A model generated the notes under the pieces. That model saw only the letters and a program-made list of their open reading frames with translations. It searched no databases and was not told where the DNA came from. Made by a program: the position numbers and the translations under genes. Positions 35,244 to 45,264 of a stretch of DNA of 64,000 nucleotides are shown here, in pieces. The first letter of the stretch is position 1, and the number at the start of each line of letters is the position of its first letter. The DNA comes from a virus (lineage: Duplodnaviria > Caudoviricetes), in IMG/VR virus record IMGVR_UViG_3300013121_000004, positions 32,001 to 96,000 of that record. One strand, given 5' to 3'.

Positions 35244-36470
35244 ATGCATATTCTATGGATGGGCGATGCCGGTAGTAACACTGGATTTGCAAGAGTTACT
35301 GACACTATTTGTCGAGGCATGCTGGCCCAACGAGACGACCTACGTATTGACGTATTGGCTGTAAACTTTAGAGGAGAGCTACCAGCAGCGCTAGAGAACG
35401 TAAAGTTTCCGTATAAACTTCTAGTGCCTACAATTTATAATTCTTCGGACTTGTTTGGCGTTTCACGTATTAAAGAGTTAATGCTGAAGACCAAGTACGA
35501 CGCTATTATTATTCTAAACGACATACCAGTAATTCGAGAATATATGACTTATATCAAGTCGCTTGTAGGGCAAGTTCCTTGGATTCCGCCTGTTATCGTA
35601 TACACTCCTATCGATTCGTATAACATGCCATCTTCGTGGAGCGAAGTAGCGAACTCTGTTGATAAGGTAATTACTTACACAGAAACAGGCAAGAAGGAAC
35701 TTATTAAGTGCGGGACTAGAGAAGACCTTATTAGGGTAGCACCGCACGGTAACAGTAATGAATTCTACAAAGCTTCTCCTGATAATCCTGCATTCGTGCC
35801 GGACTGGGAAGGTAAGCCAATCGGCGCTTGGAGCAGAGATCATATAAAGGCTGCTGCCGGTATGGATGGGCGGTTCATGACTTTATGGGCTGATCGAAAT
35901 AGTGAGCGCAAGAATCTACCCGGCTTCCTTCGTGCAATAGCTCCTCTTATGCATAAGTACAAAGACATGACTGTGTGGTTGCATTGCTATAAACAGGATG
36001 TAGGTGGCAATGTTCAAGACCATGTAGAGACTGCGGGGCTGCTTGATACTGGTCGCGTATACATTACTCCTAATCTATTCCCCGGACATGAGATACCAGA
36101 TTGGCACCTCAATGCTATTTACAATCATGCGGACTTAAAAGTGTCTTCTTCCCTTGGGGAAGGCTGGGGCTTGACTAATGTAGAGGCATTACAAGCAGGC
36201 ACTCCTGTTATCACGCTTAATAGTCCGATTAACGAAGAGATCTTCGGGGCGTCTGTAGCGCAAATTGATAAAGGATGGACGCAGTATGCTGCCAGAGGCG
36301 GAGAAATGTACTACCCAAGTATCACACACATGACAGAACTTATTGAGCACATGTATGAGCATCCCGGATACCGGAACTATGTGGCCGAACAGGGGTTAGA
36401 ACGTATTAAGAGATGGGATTGGAATGACTCAATTAAAGTATTCTTAGAAACGCTAGACGAGGTAGCATAA
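35244..36470 (+). CDS. glycosyltransferase family 4 (GT-B)
   Basis: TGFARV, RN..RKN, EGWGLTNVEALQAGTPVI. Confidence 0.9.
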   Translation: MHILWMGDAGSNTGFARVTDTICRGMLAQRDDLRIDVLAVNFRGELPAALENVKFPYKLLVPTIYNSSDLFGVSRIKELMLKTKYDAIIILNDIPVIREYMTYIKSLVGQVPWIPPVIVYTPIDSYNMPSSWSEVANSVDKVITYTETGKKELIKCGTREDLIRVAPHGNSNEFYKASPDNPAFVPDWEGKPIGAWSRDHIKAAAGMDGRFMTLWADRNSERKNLPGFLRAIAPLMHKYKDMTVWLHCYKQDVGGNVQDHVETAGLLDTGRVYITPNLFPGHEIPDWHLNAIYNHADLKVSSSLGEGWGLTNVEALQAGTPVITLNSPINEEIFGASVAQIDKGWTQYAARGGEMYYPSITHMTELIEHMYEHPGYRNYVAEQGLERIKRWDWNDSIKVFLETLDEVA

Positions 36471-36847
36471 TGAGTAGTGAATTAGAAGAGTATCAGGACT
36501 GGGTAAAGTCTAGGCCACGATACCTTAAACCTGACGAGGTTATGCCTACTATTGTAGGCTTTTTGACTGAATTTGGTGTGCGTGATGAATATATTTCACA
36601 AATCGAGTATGATAGAAAGGAAAGGGTTGTATTCTTCCCTTTCTTAGATCCTTATTGGTTTCGCGCTGGTCGGGTGTGGGAGAAGTTTTCGAACCTATCT
36701 GAAACACGACTAATGCCTCTCCGAGTACAGCTTGCAGCTTGTATCAGAGAAGCGGAACGTAAAGATGAAACGCATATTCTTTTCAAACCTACAAAGGGCG
36801 CGCAGCATCGAGAGAGGTTAAAGCATCTCGGAGGAACGTGTAACTAA
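36470..36847 (+). CDS. hypothetical protein
   Basis: TAATG-coupled on both sides. Confidence 0.65.
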   Translation: MSSELEEYQDWVKSRPRYLKPDEVMPTIVGFLTEFGVRDEYISQIEYDRKERVVFFPFLDPYWFRAGRVWEKFSNLSETRLMPLRVQLAACIREAERKDETHILFKPTKGAQHRERLKHLGGTCN

Positions 36848-38598
36848 TGTGGTTTAGAAAAAAGAACACCCAAGCAAATACTCTTGAAAAGCTAGAAGAG
36901 CGCCTCTCTGGAGGCGGTATTGGTGTGCGCTTAAATTCTAACAGTGATTTAGCTTTGGGGGGCGATAGAGGGATGCGTAGTGCCACGGCCAGCATTTCTA
37001 TTGCAGACCTTATTGAGTATGAAACAGCTAGACGCCGCTACATAGATAGTGGTGGCACAGCTATGGCTGCTTCCGACTATACTCTCCCAGAAGGCTTCGA
37101 TCCCGGTGCAGAACCTGATATCTCAGAAAGAATCAGGCAGCGTGCTACTCAGACTACAGTCGGTGGCGGAAATGTGCAAATCCCTGAGACGGACTCCACA
37201 GATATTCGTGGAACCAGAAGCACACAAAGCCTCCTGTACTATCTGAGCGATGGTGTAGCTCACGCAGCTATAGACACTCTATACCAATACGTTATCGGCC
37301 CCGGCTTCGATATTGATATAGTTTACGATCACGATAATCTTCCACCTTGGTTCGACTCAGGAGCAGATAATGTTTCAGTCGTGAAGCGTAATTACACTGG
37401 TAGAGCATCAAAAAACAAAGATCGAAACATCTTCTTTGGATACCTTAATTACAAAGCTAATGACCTGAAGGATAGGTTGGATTTGGAAGAGATAGCAGTC
37501 GCTATCGCTAAAGATTCTCTCATCACAGGCGATGCTTTCGCCTACAGAGTAGACACTATTGGCTTGGACACGTATCTAGAATCATGGCAGAACGACCAGC
37601 GAGAATTTCTAGAAAACGATGTGTTCAAGATAGACGTACTCAATCCTCTTGCGGTTACTGTTGAAACTAATGAGTTCAACGACCTCATTAAAGCACAAGT
37701 AGCACAGCTAGGCGGACAAGGCGGGTCAAACAATAAGACACCTATTCCAGATCTTACAAAACTTATCCGCATGAAGTGGGGTGGAGCACCATACACAGTG
37801 TATGGAGTACCTCATCTTAACAGCGCACTTTCAGAACTAGCCCTAAAGGCGTCACTAATTAGGGCTGCGAAAGCTTCTGCTGACCGATTCTCTATTCCTA
37901 TTAGGATGCTAAAATACGGCGTTATGGCCCCCGGACAAGACGGCGGCCCTATCGCTTCAGCAGCTATGCGGGCTGAAGTAGTATCGGCTCTACAGGTTTT
38001 CAACCCTGCTAATGAAATTCTAGCTTCTCCGTTCCACTGGGACTTGAAGCTGATCGGCGCCGAAGGTCAAGTACTTGACTTAGCCTCGCAGATAGCTGAG
38101 TGCGATCGTAGAATCATGATGGCTCTAGGTATTCCGCCTAACTTTTTGGATTCTAACTACACATCTTTTGCTACTGCGAAAATCCAGTTCTCTAATATGA
38201 TTCTCAAGCTACGTGGTCTACAACTACAAGTCGCTAAGACTATAGAAGACGATATTCTTGCACGTTGGGCTGAGATGCGTGGTTATCGCACGCCTACTGG
38301 TGATCTCATTAAGTTCAAAGTACGATGGAAGAGAGCAGACCTAGAGAGCGATACTGAAATTATCAAGCTAATCGGAACTCTCGCTAAGATTCCTAACCAG
38401 TCAATCCTTAGCATAAAGACAATCAGAGAGACATTAGGTTTTAATGACGAAACCGAAGAGCAGAACTTTGCTGTGCAGTGGGAGCAGGAAGATACGCTAG
38501 GAAATAATAATCCTAATGCAGGCCCCAACGCTCCAGCATCTAAAGACAATAACCAAGACAGTAAACCAAAAGACAATTCGCCTCCAGAAGGTGGGTAG
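36847..38598 (+). CDS. portal protein
   Basis: Size and position; ITGDAF, YGVPHL, I..ALGIPP..L, TIRETLGF portal-like motifs. Confidence 0.85.
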   Translation: MWFRKKNTQANTLEKLEERLSGGGIGVRLNSNSDLALGGDRGMRSATASISIADLIEYETARRRYIDSGGTAMAASDYTLPEGFDPGAEPDISERIRQRATQTTVGGGNVQIPETDSTDIRGTRSTQSLLYYLSDGVAHAAIDTLYQYVIGPGFDIDIVYDHDNLPPWFDSGADNVSVVKRNYTGRASKNKDRNIFFGYLNYKANDLKDRLDLEEIAVAIAKDSLITGDAFAYRVDTIGLDTYLESWQNDQREFLENDVFKIDVLNPLAVTVETNEFNDLIKAQVAQLGGQGGSNNKTPIPDLTKLIRMKWGGAPYTVYGVPHLNSALSELALKASLIRAAKASADRFSIPIRMLKYGVMAPGQDGGPIASAAMRAEVVSALQVFNPANEILASPFHWDLKLIGAEGQVLDLASQIAECDRRIMMALGIPPNFLDSNYTSFATAKIQFSNMILKLRGLQLQVAKTIEDDILARWAEMRGYRTPTGDLIKFKVRWKRADLESDTEIIKLIGTLAKIPNQSILSIKTIRETLGFNDETEEQNFAVQWEQEDTLGNNNPNAGPNAPASKDNNQDSKPKDNSPPEGG

Positions 38599-38608
38599 GA
38601 GATAGACA

Positions 38609-38800
38609 ATGGCACGAAGATTTTGGCAATGCGAAGGTACTATTGAGAGGTACATTGACCCTTCAACTGGTAAGCCTAGGCGCTGTACACAGAAACTGAT
38701 GTTTTATGACGATATCCTTGTTAGCTTAGTCGAGCTAAGCGCAATGGTTGAGATTAAATGCCCTAGATGTAGAGCCATTTCTGGCAAAGCGTCTGACTAG
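38609..38800 (+). CDS. Mu Com-like zinc-ribbon protein
   Basis: C..KL...VEIKCPRC; AGGAG RBS. Confidence 0.6.
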   Translation: MARRFWQCEGTIERYIDPSTGKPRRCTQKLMFYDDILVSLVELSAMVEIKCPRCRAISGKASD

Positions 38801-38806
38801 CACGAG

Positions 38807-38852
38807 TTGACAATCGTAAAAGTGTATATGTATATTTGTACATATACACTTT
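38807..38852 (+). promoter_or_regulatory. promoter TTGACA-N18-TATATT overlapped by a 14-bp palindrome
   Basis: AAAGTGTATATGTA-N6-TACATATACACTTT. Confidence 0.65.
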
Positions 38853-38877
38853 ACAATACCAAGCTGTTGGAGTATTA

Positions 38878-39408
38878 ATGACACAGTTTTACGGCACAAC
38901 GTATGCAGCATCCGCAAATTCAAAAATGAATTTGATGGAGATCTCGTACCCTCTAGTACATGAAGGTAAAAACCTCAATGGGCACATCTTTACTAGAGAA
39001 GAGATGGCCGAAGCATACGAGACACTCGTAGGTACCCCTATCGACCTAGATCATAGTCAAACAATAAACGATGTAGTCGGTAAACATACTGACGCGGAAT
39101 TCAAGATCGAAGACGGTACAGCAGTAATTTACTGCAAGGGATACATTTACGCCGATTTCTACCCAGAGCTAGCAGCAAAACTTAGGGATGGGGTAGTAAC
39201 CGGTATCTCCATGGAAACCCACTACGAGTGGGCCGAACGAACTGCTGATGGAATGGTATTACACGGGCTTAATTTCTTAGGCGCTGGTATCGTCCGTACT
39301 CCAGCAGATCCGATGGCTAGAGTAGTGCTTTCCGAAAATAAAGCTGTTAAAGAAATAATGGCTAAAGTAATAGAGTCCCTACTTACTTCAAAGGGAGTGA
39401 AAGTATAA
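38878..39408 (+). CDS. prohead maturation protease
   Basis: N.NG..F...GTPIDLDH...VVG...GISME...G.G....PAD; GGAG before ATG 38878. Confidence 0.75.
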   Translation: MTQFYGTTYAASANSKMNLMEISYPLVHEGKNLNGHIFTREEMAEAYETLVGTPIDLDHSQTINDVVGKHTDAEFKIEDGTAVIYCKGYIYADFYPELAAKLRDGVVTGISMETHYEWAERTADGMVLHGLNFLGAGIVRTPADPMARVVLSENKAVKEIMAKVIESLLTSKGVKV

Positions 39409-40442
39409 TGGCTAGAAAAGAAGAAGTAATGAAGCTTATACATGGCGCTACTTCTACCGAGTGGGAAGAGGCTATTAACACAGCTATAGCCAGCATTATA
39501 GGCGGTAGATCAGAGGCTGATGAAGCAGAAATACTAGACAAAACTGCTATTGCAGAGCATAATGAAGAAGAAGATGTTACACTAGTAACAGAAGCTATGT
39601 CTATTTTACGGGAATTAATTGCCCGTGAAGCAGTAGACGGAAATCAAGAAGACATCTATAAGCTCTACCTGATTGTTGAGACGCTATCCATGCTAGCTCA
39701 GCTACATTGGGAAGAAGAGTGGGATGTAATGCGTAAAGAGTACGAAGATACTGTAGCTGAAGCATCTATGTCTCGTAGAAATAGAAAAGAAAAAGAACAA
39801 GAGTGCAGTTCGCTAGCTGAATCTGAAACTGCTAGCGTTGAAATAAATGAAATTGAAGGAGATGAAGACATGGCACTTTCCGCAGAAGATAGAGCAGCCC
39901 TGATCGAAGCTACCCGAGAGGGTGTAGTCGCAGGTCTGGCCCCTATTCTAGAAGCCATTTCTTCACAGGTTGCCGCAACTACGGCTCTCGCAAACGCTAT
40001 TAGCGAGACGCGTGCCTCTACAGAAGTAGAGGAAGCTGTTGTCGAGGCCGCTGATGAAGAAACTGAAGAAGTGGTCGAAGATGCCCCGACCGCAGAAGCA
40101 GTCGCTGAGGCTGAAGAAATCGTAGCTGAAGTGGAGACTGAAGCAGAAGCTGTGGCAGAAGTAGACGAGGAACTAGAAGCCGCTGTAGCAGAAGCAGAAG
40201 TCGAAGTAGCAAATAGCGTAGTCTCCGCAGGCGTACGCAGTTACAGAATGGACACCACAGAAGGTCGCAAAGAATATCTAGCTTATGTAGCTAATCCCAA
40301 CAACGTAAATCGCACACCTGAGGGTGGTCGAGTTCCAGTTGGTAAAGTAGCTACGGCTGGAGCCGAATCAAGGGGCAGCGCAGGAGCTTCCCTTACTAAA
40401 GAAGAAATTCTAGAGGCTACAAAGAGCCTCTTCAAGCGATAA
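39408..40442 (+). CDS. acidic scaffolding protein; internal start at 39870
   Basis: Glu/Ala-rich helical protein between the protease and capsid genes. Confidence 0.7.
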   Translation: MARKEEVMKLIHGATSTEWEEAINTAIASIIGGRSEADEAEILDKTAIAEHNEEEDVTLVTEAMSILRELIAREAVDGNQEDIYKLYLIVETLSMLAQLHWEEEWDVMRKEYEDTVAEASMSRRNRKEKEQECSSLAESETASVEINEIEGDEDMALSAEDRAALIEATREGVVAGLAPILEAISSQVAATTALANAISETRASTEVEEAVVEAADEETEEVVEDAPTAEAVAEAEEIVAEVETEAEAVAEVDEELEAAVAEAEVEVANSVVSAGVRSYRMDTTEGRKEYLAYVANPNNVNRTPEGGRVPVGKVATAGAESRGSAGASLTKEEILEATKSLFKR

Positions 40443-40459
40443 TCTAGGAGGAATTAGAT

Positions 40460-40951
40460 ATGTCTGCAACACAGGTAGGTATTGCGCAGGGTGTAGCTGC
40501 TCTAGGGTTCGAAGTCCTAGACCATCGCGAAATCGCTGCTGACGGAATGAGTGTCGCTGCAACAGTAGCTACTAAGGGTGACCTTATGTTCTACTCGGCT
40601 GCGAACACTGTTTCACGGGCTTCCGGCGATATGGCTGCTACCGCCCAATACGCAGGTTTTATTGACAACACTGTAGTCTCTTCAATGACTGGGCTACGGA
40701 TTGACTACCACGGCGAAAAGATTCTCGTTAGCGAGGATAAGGCAACCCTATGGCGAGTCGGTCGCTATCGAATTACCAACGTCAGTGGCACAGTTGGTGA
40801 CAACGTAAAGGTTTATCCTGCTGACAGCGGCGCTCTAAGTGCTTCTCAGACAGGCTCCGCTCCTGCTGTCGGTATTGCTCGCAAGGGTAATGGCGGCGTA
40901 TCTGGAGATCCAATCGAAGTCGAAATTGACTTCATCGCACGCCTAGCATAA
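40460..40951 (+). CDS. capsid decoration/cement protein
   Basis: Position, small Gly/Ala-rich beta-type sequence, AGGAGG RBS. Confidence 0.65.
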   Translation: MSATQVGIAQGVAALGFEVLDHREIAADGMSVAATVATKGDLMFYSAANTVSRASGDMAATAQYAGFIDNTVVSSMTGLRIDYHGEKILVSEDKATLWRVGRYRITNVSGTVGDNVKVYPADSGALSASQTGSAPAVGIARKGNGGVSGDPIEVEIDFIARLA

Positions 40952-40975
40952 GCGAGAAAAGGAGAATTAGTTAAC

Positions 40976-41911
40976 ATGGCACTTTCAAAGAATGCAATTT
41001 TCGCAGCCGCGCAGGAAAACCTAACCGATGGGGAACTTTCTGCTGCGCTTGCAACTGCTGCTCTAGCTCCTATCGCTGAGCAGGTAATTGAGAACGCAAA
41101 GATGCGTCAGCTACTTCTTACTGACCGGATTAGCTCTGGGTCTAGTATTGAGTATCAGCTAAAGAAGAGAGGGATTGCCTATGTGTTCCCCCGCTATGGC
41201 CTTCCTGCTACTCGCATCGTACGGTACACCAAGTTCGCAGTCGAGCCTTGGCTCATCGCAACTCGGCCCAAGATCTCCATCCTAGACATTCAGGACGCCA
41301 ACTTCAATGTTGTTACTGATATTCTAGAAGATGCAGGTAAAGAAATGGCTGTCATGGAGGACAAGGAAGGATTCCGCCTATTCAACGTAGGTGCTCCTCT
41401 TCCCGGTACTGCTTGGCCTACAGCCGGTTCTGACGAATGGCCGACTATCTCTGACGGCCCCGGTGGTATTGGGCGCAAGCTCAGCACCAACATTGTCCGT
41501 CTCGATGGTAGCACCGTGCCAGTCCTTCAGGACTTCGTTCGCGCTCAGTCGCTACTTCGCGTAATCGGCTATGAGCCAAACGGTCTTCTCATGAACCCTT
41601 ATACTCTAGGAAAGCTAATGGCTACCAACGAGTTCCTCCTTTACACCAACAGCGGTTCACGCGAAGTTGTAGAGACTGGTAACATCCGTGGTGCCCTTGG
41701 TGTGGATATTGTCACAAGCAATCTTTGCGGCCTTGAGGATACATGGATTCTGGATGCCAAGGAAGCTGCTCGATTCGTCGAGCGGAATCCTCTAACCGTA
41801 GTCGCCAAGACAGACATGCTCATCAATGAGTGGCTGCTCTGGGAGCGAATCGCAGTAGTTGTGCTAAACGCCAACGCAATGATTCGCCTGTCTTATGACG
41901 AAGACGCCTAA
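40976..41911 (+). CDS. major capsid protein (HK97 fold)
   Basis: 311 aa, strong RBS, biased codon use, LLMNP and G..GALGVDIVTSN motifs; followed by a terminator. Confidence 0.85.
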   Translation: MALSKNAIFAAAQENLTDGELSAALATAALAPIAEQVIENAKMRQLLLTDRISSGSSIEYQLKKRGIAYVFPRYGLPATRIVRYTKFAVEPWLIATRPKISILDIQDANFNVVTDILEDAGKEMAVMEDKEGFRLFNVGAPLPGTAWPTAGSDEWPTISDGPGGIGRKLSTNIVRLDGSTVPVLQDFVRAQSLLRVIGYEPNGLLMNPYTLGKLMATNEFLLYTNSGSREVVETGNIRGALGVDIVTSNLCGLEDTWILDAKEAARFVERNPLTVVAKTDMLINEWLLWERIAVVVLNANAMIRLSYDEDA

Positions 41912-41932
41912 TATTTAGGTAGAACATTTCTT

Positions 41933-41965
41933 TGGGGAGGAGGGGTAATCCTCCTCCCCATTTTT
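41933..41965 (+). terminator. intrinsic terminator after the major capsid gene
   Basis: TGGGGAGGAGG-N6-CCTCCTCCCCA-TTTTT. Confidence 0.9.
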
Positions 41966-41990
41966 CATTCAATCACATAGGGGAAACATT

Positions 41991-42167
41991 ATGTATCACG
42001 TAGTTCATGCCAGTGCAGGATACAGCATCGTAGACGAGGATGGGACAGTAGTAAGCTCTACTCTCGATGAAAAGAAAGCTTACGCACAAGCTAAGGCACG
42101 GAATGAAGGACGATACGAAGAGGGCGGGAGTATTATGATTCCGGCTACTATCACTAGGGGACGGTAA
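41991..42167 (+). CDS. 58-aa hypothetical protein (below ORF-track cutoff)
   Basis: AGGGG plus ATG; stop abuts the next start. Confidence 0.6.
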   Translation: MYHVVHASAGYSIVDEDGTVVSSTLDEKKAYAQAKARNEGRYEEGGSIMIPATITRGR

Positions 42168-42788
42168 ATGGCGCGACCAGAAGACTTACTTGAATACTTG
42201 AAAGCTGATATGGGGTTTCTTCTTGAAACTTACGTACCAGAGAGATATCTTGTACCTAATACCAGCTTTACTTCTTACAATTCAAGAGAGTCTAGCTGGT
42301 ACAGCAGACCTCCAGCAATTATCAGGAAGAACGGGGCTATCCTTACTGCCGGGTACACGGTTGACTATACTAACGGGATAGTCACGTTCTCTCCTGCGTT
42401 AACTGCAAGCGATGTAGTTACAGCAGAATTCTATTTCTCTCCTATATCTGACTCTGCGCTTATTATGGCATTGAATGCAGGAACTAGAGAGCTAGCCTCG
42501 CTTATAGGTGTAGCCATATCTCCTGCTGCTGATGTAAACGCTTTGTACGAAATCCCAATTGTCGATTTAGCTTATAGACGGCTGTATCGGCCACTTATGG
42601 CTGCTACTGCTGACTACCACAAATGGGACGCAGACGGAGTGTCGTACGATAAGAATCAGGTGTTTAAGAATTACGCTGTAACAATCGAAGAGAAATCAAA
42701 GGCTATCAATCAGGCTATAGCTAGGCTACGCCTAACAGGGCTAATAGGCGGCATTAACGTGGAAGTACTAGACACAGCGGGGCAGTAA
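42168..42788 (+). CDS. head-tail adaptor with inserted beta domain
   Basis: Position; YTVDYTNGIVTF insert. Confidence 0.6.
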   Translation: MARPEDLLEYLKADMGFLLETYVPERYLVPNTSFTSYNSRESSWYSRPPAIIRKNGAILTAGYTVDYTNGIVTFSPALTASDVVTAEFYFSPISDSALIMALNAGTRELASLIGVAISPAADVNALYEIPIVDLAYRRLYRPLMAATADYHKWDADGVSYDKNQVFKNYAVTIEEKSKAINQAIARLRLTGLIGGINVEVLDTAGQ

Positions 42789-42789
42789 A

Positions 42790-43143
42790 ATGAGCAACAT
42801 TCCTAGAGAAGAATTACATCAAACACAGATTAACAGGTACTTAAGGAGTTCGGCGTATCTTCCCCAAGATGAGGAAGATTACGATTACGATGAGTACCTA
42901 GACCATCTAGAGGATAACTTGAAAGGGCCGATGCGTCAGTTCAGATCTGCTATGCTGGATCTAGGAAATCTGATGACAGCAGACTACGCACAACGAAAAG
43001 TATTTCGAGATGTAGTATTCGCTAAAGAAAAAGAAATGATGGCACTCATGGACGACTGGATACATTTCTATCTTCTTCACTCTGAGGCTGTAAAGGATTC
43101 AATCAGTTATGAGTTTACATGCAGACCGTTATCATCTGACTAA
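42790..43143 (+). CDS. acidic hypothetical protein in the neck module
   Basis: ORF track. Confidence 0.55.
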   Translation: MSNIPREELHQTQINRYLRSSAYLPQDEEDYDYDEYLDHLEDNLKGPMRQFRSAMLDLGNLMTADYAQRKVFRDVVFAKEKEMMALMDDWIHFYLLHSEAVKDSISYEFTCRPLSSD

Positions 43144-43477
43144 GATAGCTACACACCTAGTTAATATATACAGACTAGACGATACAACAACCCCGTATCG
43201 CCATACTGTCATATATAACGACTGGCGTTGTACTTTTTCACCTACTAACGAAGACCAATATCCGGTAGTAGCTAGCTCAGGCATACGTGCCCAGTACTGG
43301 TCAGTGTGGGGTGTGGTTTATCCTCCGTTTGAGATAAAGAGAGGTGATCAGCTTCAGAACTTACGCAATGTTAGCACGCGTAGAGTGGTAAAAGATAAGC
43401 TGAACGTAGTAGAAGTTATCCCTGTGTCTGCTGATAATGTCGTTCATCTCATAGTTTCTGATAGCGGTACTAGATAA
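43109..43477 (+). CDS. head-closure (stopper) protein
   Basis: Size and position; TH.VNIYR...IKRGD. Confidence 0.6.
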   Translation: MSLHADRYHLTKIATHLVNIYRLDDTTTPYRHTVIYNDWRCTFSPTNEDQYPVVASSGIRAQYWSVWGVVYPPFEIKRGDQLQNLRNVSTRRVVKDKLNVVEVIPVSADNVVHLIVSDSGTR

Positions 43478-45264
43478 TGGGAAGTGAACCTAGCTCTGGG
43501 CAGCCATTTCGTGTATCCTTGGAAGCCAAAGGCATTAAGCGAACTGCGCCAAAGAAAGTGCCCACAGTCAAATTAGACGAAGCTTCTATTCGTGCGTGGA
43601 GGAACGCTTCCCCCGCTATGCGTGCAGTAGTAGCGAAGAATTTTACTAAAGCCGAAGTAGCGGCCATGAACAGAGCCGCAGGTGTACAAGGACAAATACA
43701 GGCCGCTAAAGCTAACGTAGCGCAAAAGCCAAAAACCCCTGCCGCGAAGAAATCTGCCCCTGCTAGACAGCCTAAGACTTTTGCTCCGAATCCAACTGTC
43801 CCGGAGCCTAAAGCTACTAGCGCGAGAATGGCTAAGGCAATGGCTGCGCCCAGCTTATCAGAAGCAGAATTAGAGAAGGCAACAAAAGCCTATAGAGCTA
43901 ACAAAGCGAGGATTAGTGCTGCTGAAAAAGCTGATGCTGAATCTCGTCGTAGAGCCAAAACGCAAAGAGAAGGAAGCAAGAAAGGCGGAAGGCCACGCAC
44001 AGCTACGCCAAAACCGTCTAAGAGGGAAGAGAAGAAGCTAGCCGCCGCACTAGACCAGAAAGCGCACGAAGATACTCTTAGGCTTAGAGTAGGTGATAAA
44101 CAGTTTGGTTTGCATACCCCTGCCGCGAAGGATTCTATGAGGAAGCCAAAAGACTTCTTTAGTGGTAATCCATATTACAGAGGAGACAGCAGGCCGGGCC
44201 GTATTAAACAGCACGGCAGTATGTCTGAGTCTTTTAAGATTCTAGCCGGTAAGCTAGATCGCGCAGGAAATGATAAGTACCATTTCAACTTGTTCTTCCG
44301 TAACATGGAAGCAATGGCACAACGTGTTTATCAAGATTTACTACGTGTGACACCACCAGAGATGAGAGACACGTGGGTGTACACTAAAACCAGAACTGGC
44401 GACAGTCTAGAAGTAACTCTGTACAATAATCACGTAGCGTTTCCGTATAAGCTATACGGTACAGCTACTCATAGAGTCTGGCCTGAGAAGCGCGTAGACT
44501 ACCCTATTGTACCGGGGGCTGCTGGTGACTTTGATACGCCTGCACAGAGACGCGCTTACATCAAGGACGTTCAGCGTGGAAAGATAAGGAGATATGAAAA
44601 ATCTGTAGAGCCAGAACAGAAGAAAAAGAAAAGCAATTTTCTTTCTGACCCAGATACAGCAGCAACAGCAGCGCAGTACCTGCGGGAGTACCAAAGTACT
44701 AAGCATATGGGTAAAGCTGCTGCTGACTACTTCAAACAAAGAATGGACGCATTAAAGTCCAGTTATGAGAAGAGATTCGCCTACGAAGAGGATTATGAAG
44801 AAGACGGCACCGGCCCCGGCAGGCAGACCCAGTATTTTCTAAAACTTGGCGGTCAATGGATAGACGGAAAGGGAGGAAAAGCAGCTTTCGCTCCTTACCA
44901 AACCTCTGAGTACATCAAATCCAGACAACATGACTCGCAACAAGTTAGTGCGGCTGGGGTGCAAGTCGAATTCAGAACATCTTCTGGTGGTAAAGTAAGC
45001 TTCGTTAGAAAGACTAGGAAGAAACAATCTAACAAGCGTGGGGAAGTGTTTATCCCGTATGTCGAGCATCACTATGGTGTACGGCCTGACATGAAGCTGT
45101 ATAATACATGGAGGGCATGGACTTCTGGTAAGAAATATCGACAGCTACGTCAAGAAAAGCATTCGGTACAGATCGACCAGATCATGAAGAACTTTACTGA
45201 TATGTCAGCTCAAATGAACAAGCAGTTCAATGCCAATCCTGTCGATATGCAAGTGAGGGTATAA
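43477..45264 (+). CDS. greatly expanded, highly basic HK97-gp10-like tail completion protein
   Basis: Lies between stopper and terminator; TP...W...YGT..H.VWP...V.H.GVRP core motifs embedded in K/R/A-rich sequence. Confidence 0.5.
   Translation: MGSEPSSGQPFRVSLEAKGIKRTAPKKVPTVKLDEASIRAWRNASPAMRAVVAKNFTKAEVAAMNRAAGVQGQIQAAKANVAQKPKTPAAKKSAPARQPKTFAPNPTVPEPKATSARMAKAMAAPSLSEAELEKATKAYRANKARISAAEKADAESRRRAKTQREGSKKGGRPRTATPKPSKREEKKLAAALDQKAHEDTLRLRVGDKQFGLHTPAAKDSMRKPKDFFSGNPYYRGDSRPGRIKQHGSMSESFKILAGKLDRAGNDKYHFNLFFRNMEAMAQRVYQDLLRVTPPEMRDTWVYTKTRTGDSLEVTLYNNHVAFPYKLYGTATHRVWPEKRVDYPIVPGAAGDFDTPAQRRAYIKDVQRGKIRRYEKSVEPEQKKKKSNFLSDPDTAATAAQYLREYQSTKHMGKAAADYFKQRMDALKSSYEKRFAYEEDYEEDGTGPGRQTQYFLKLGGQWIDGKGGKAAFAPYQTSEYIKSRQHDSQQVSAAGVQVEFRTSSGGKVSFVRKTRKKQSNKRGEVFIPYVEHHYGVRPDMKLYNTWRAWTSGKKYRQLRQEKHSVQIDQIMKNFTDMSAQMNKQFNANPVDMQVRV

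Noticed and set aside
36470-36847. Small terminase subunit
   Set aside because: Only the position supports it; there is no HTH or other motif and no adjacent large subunit.
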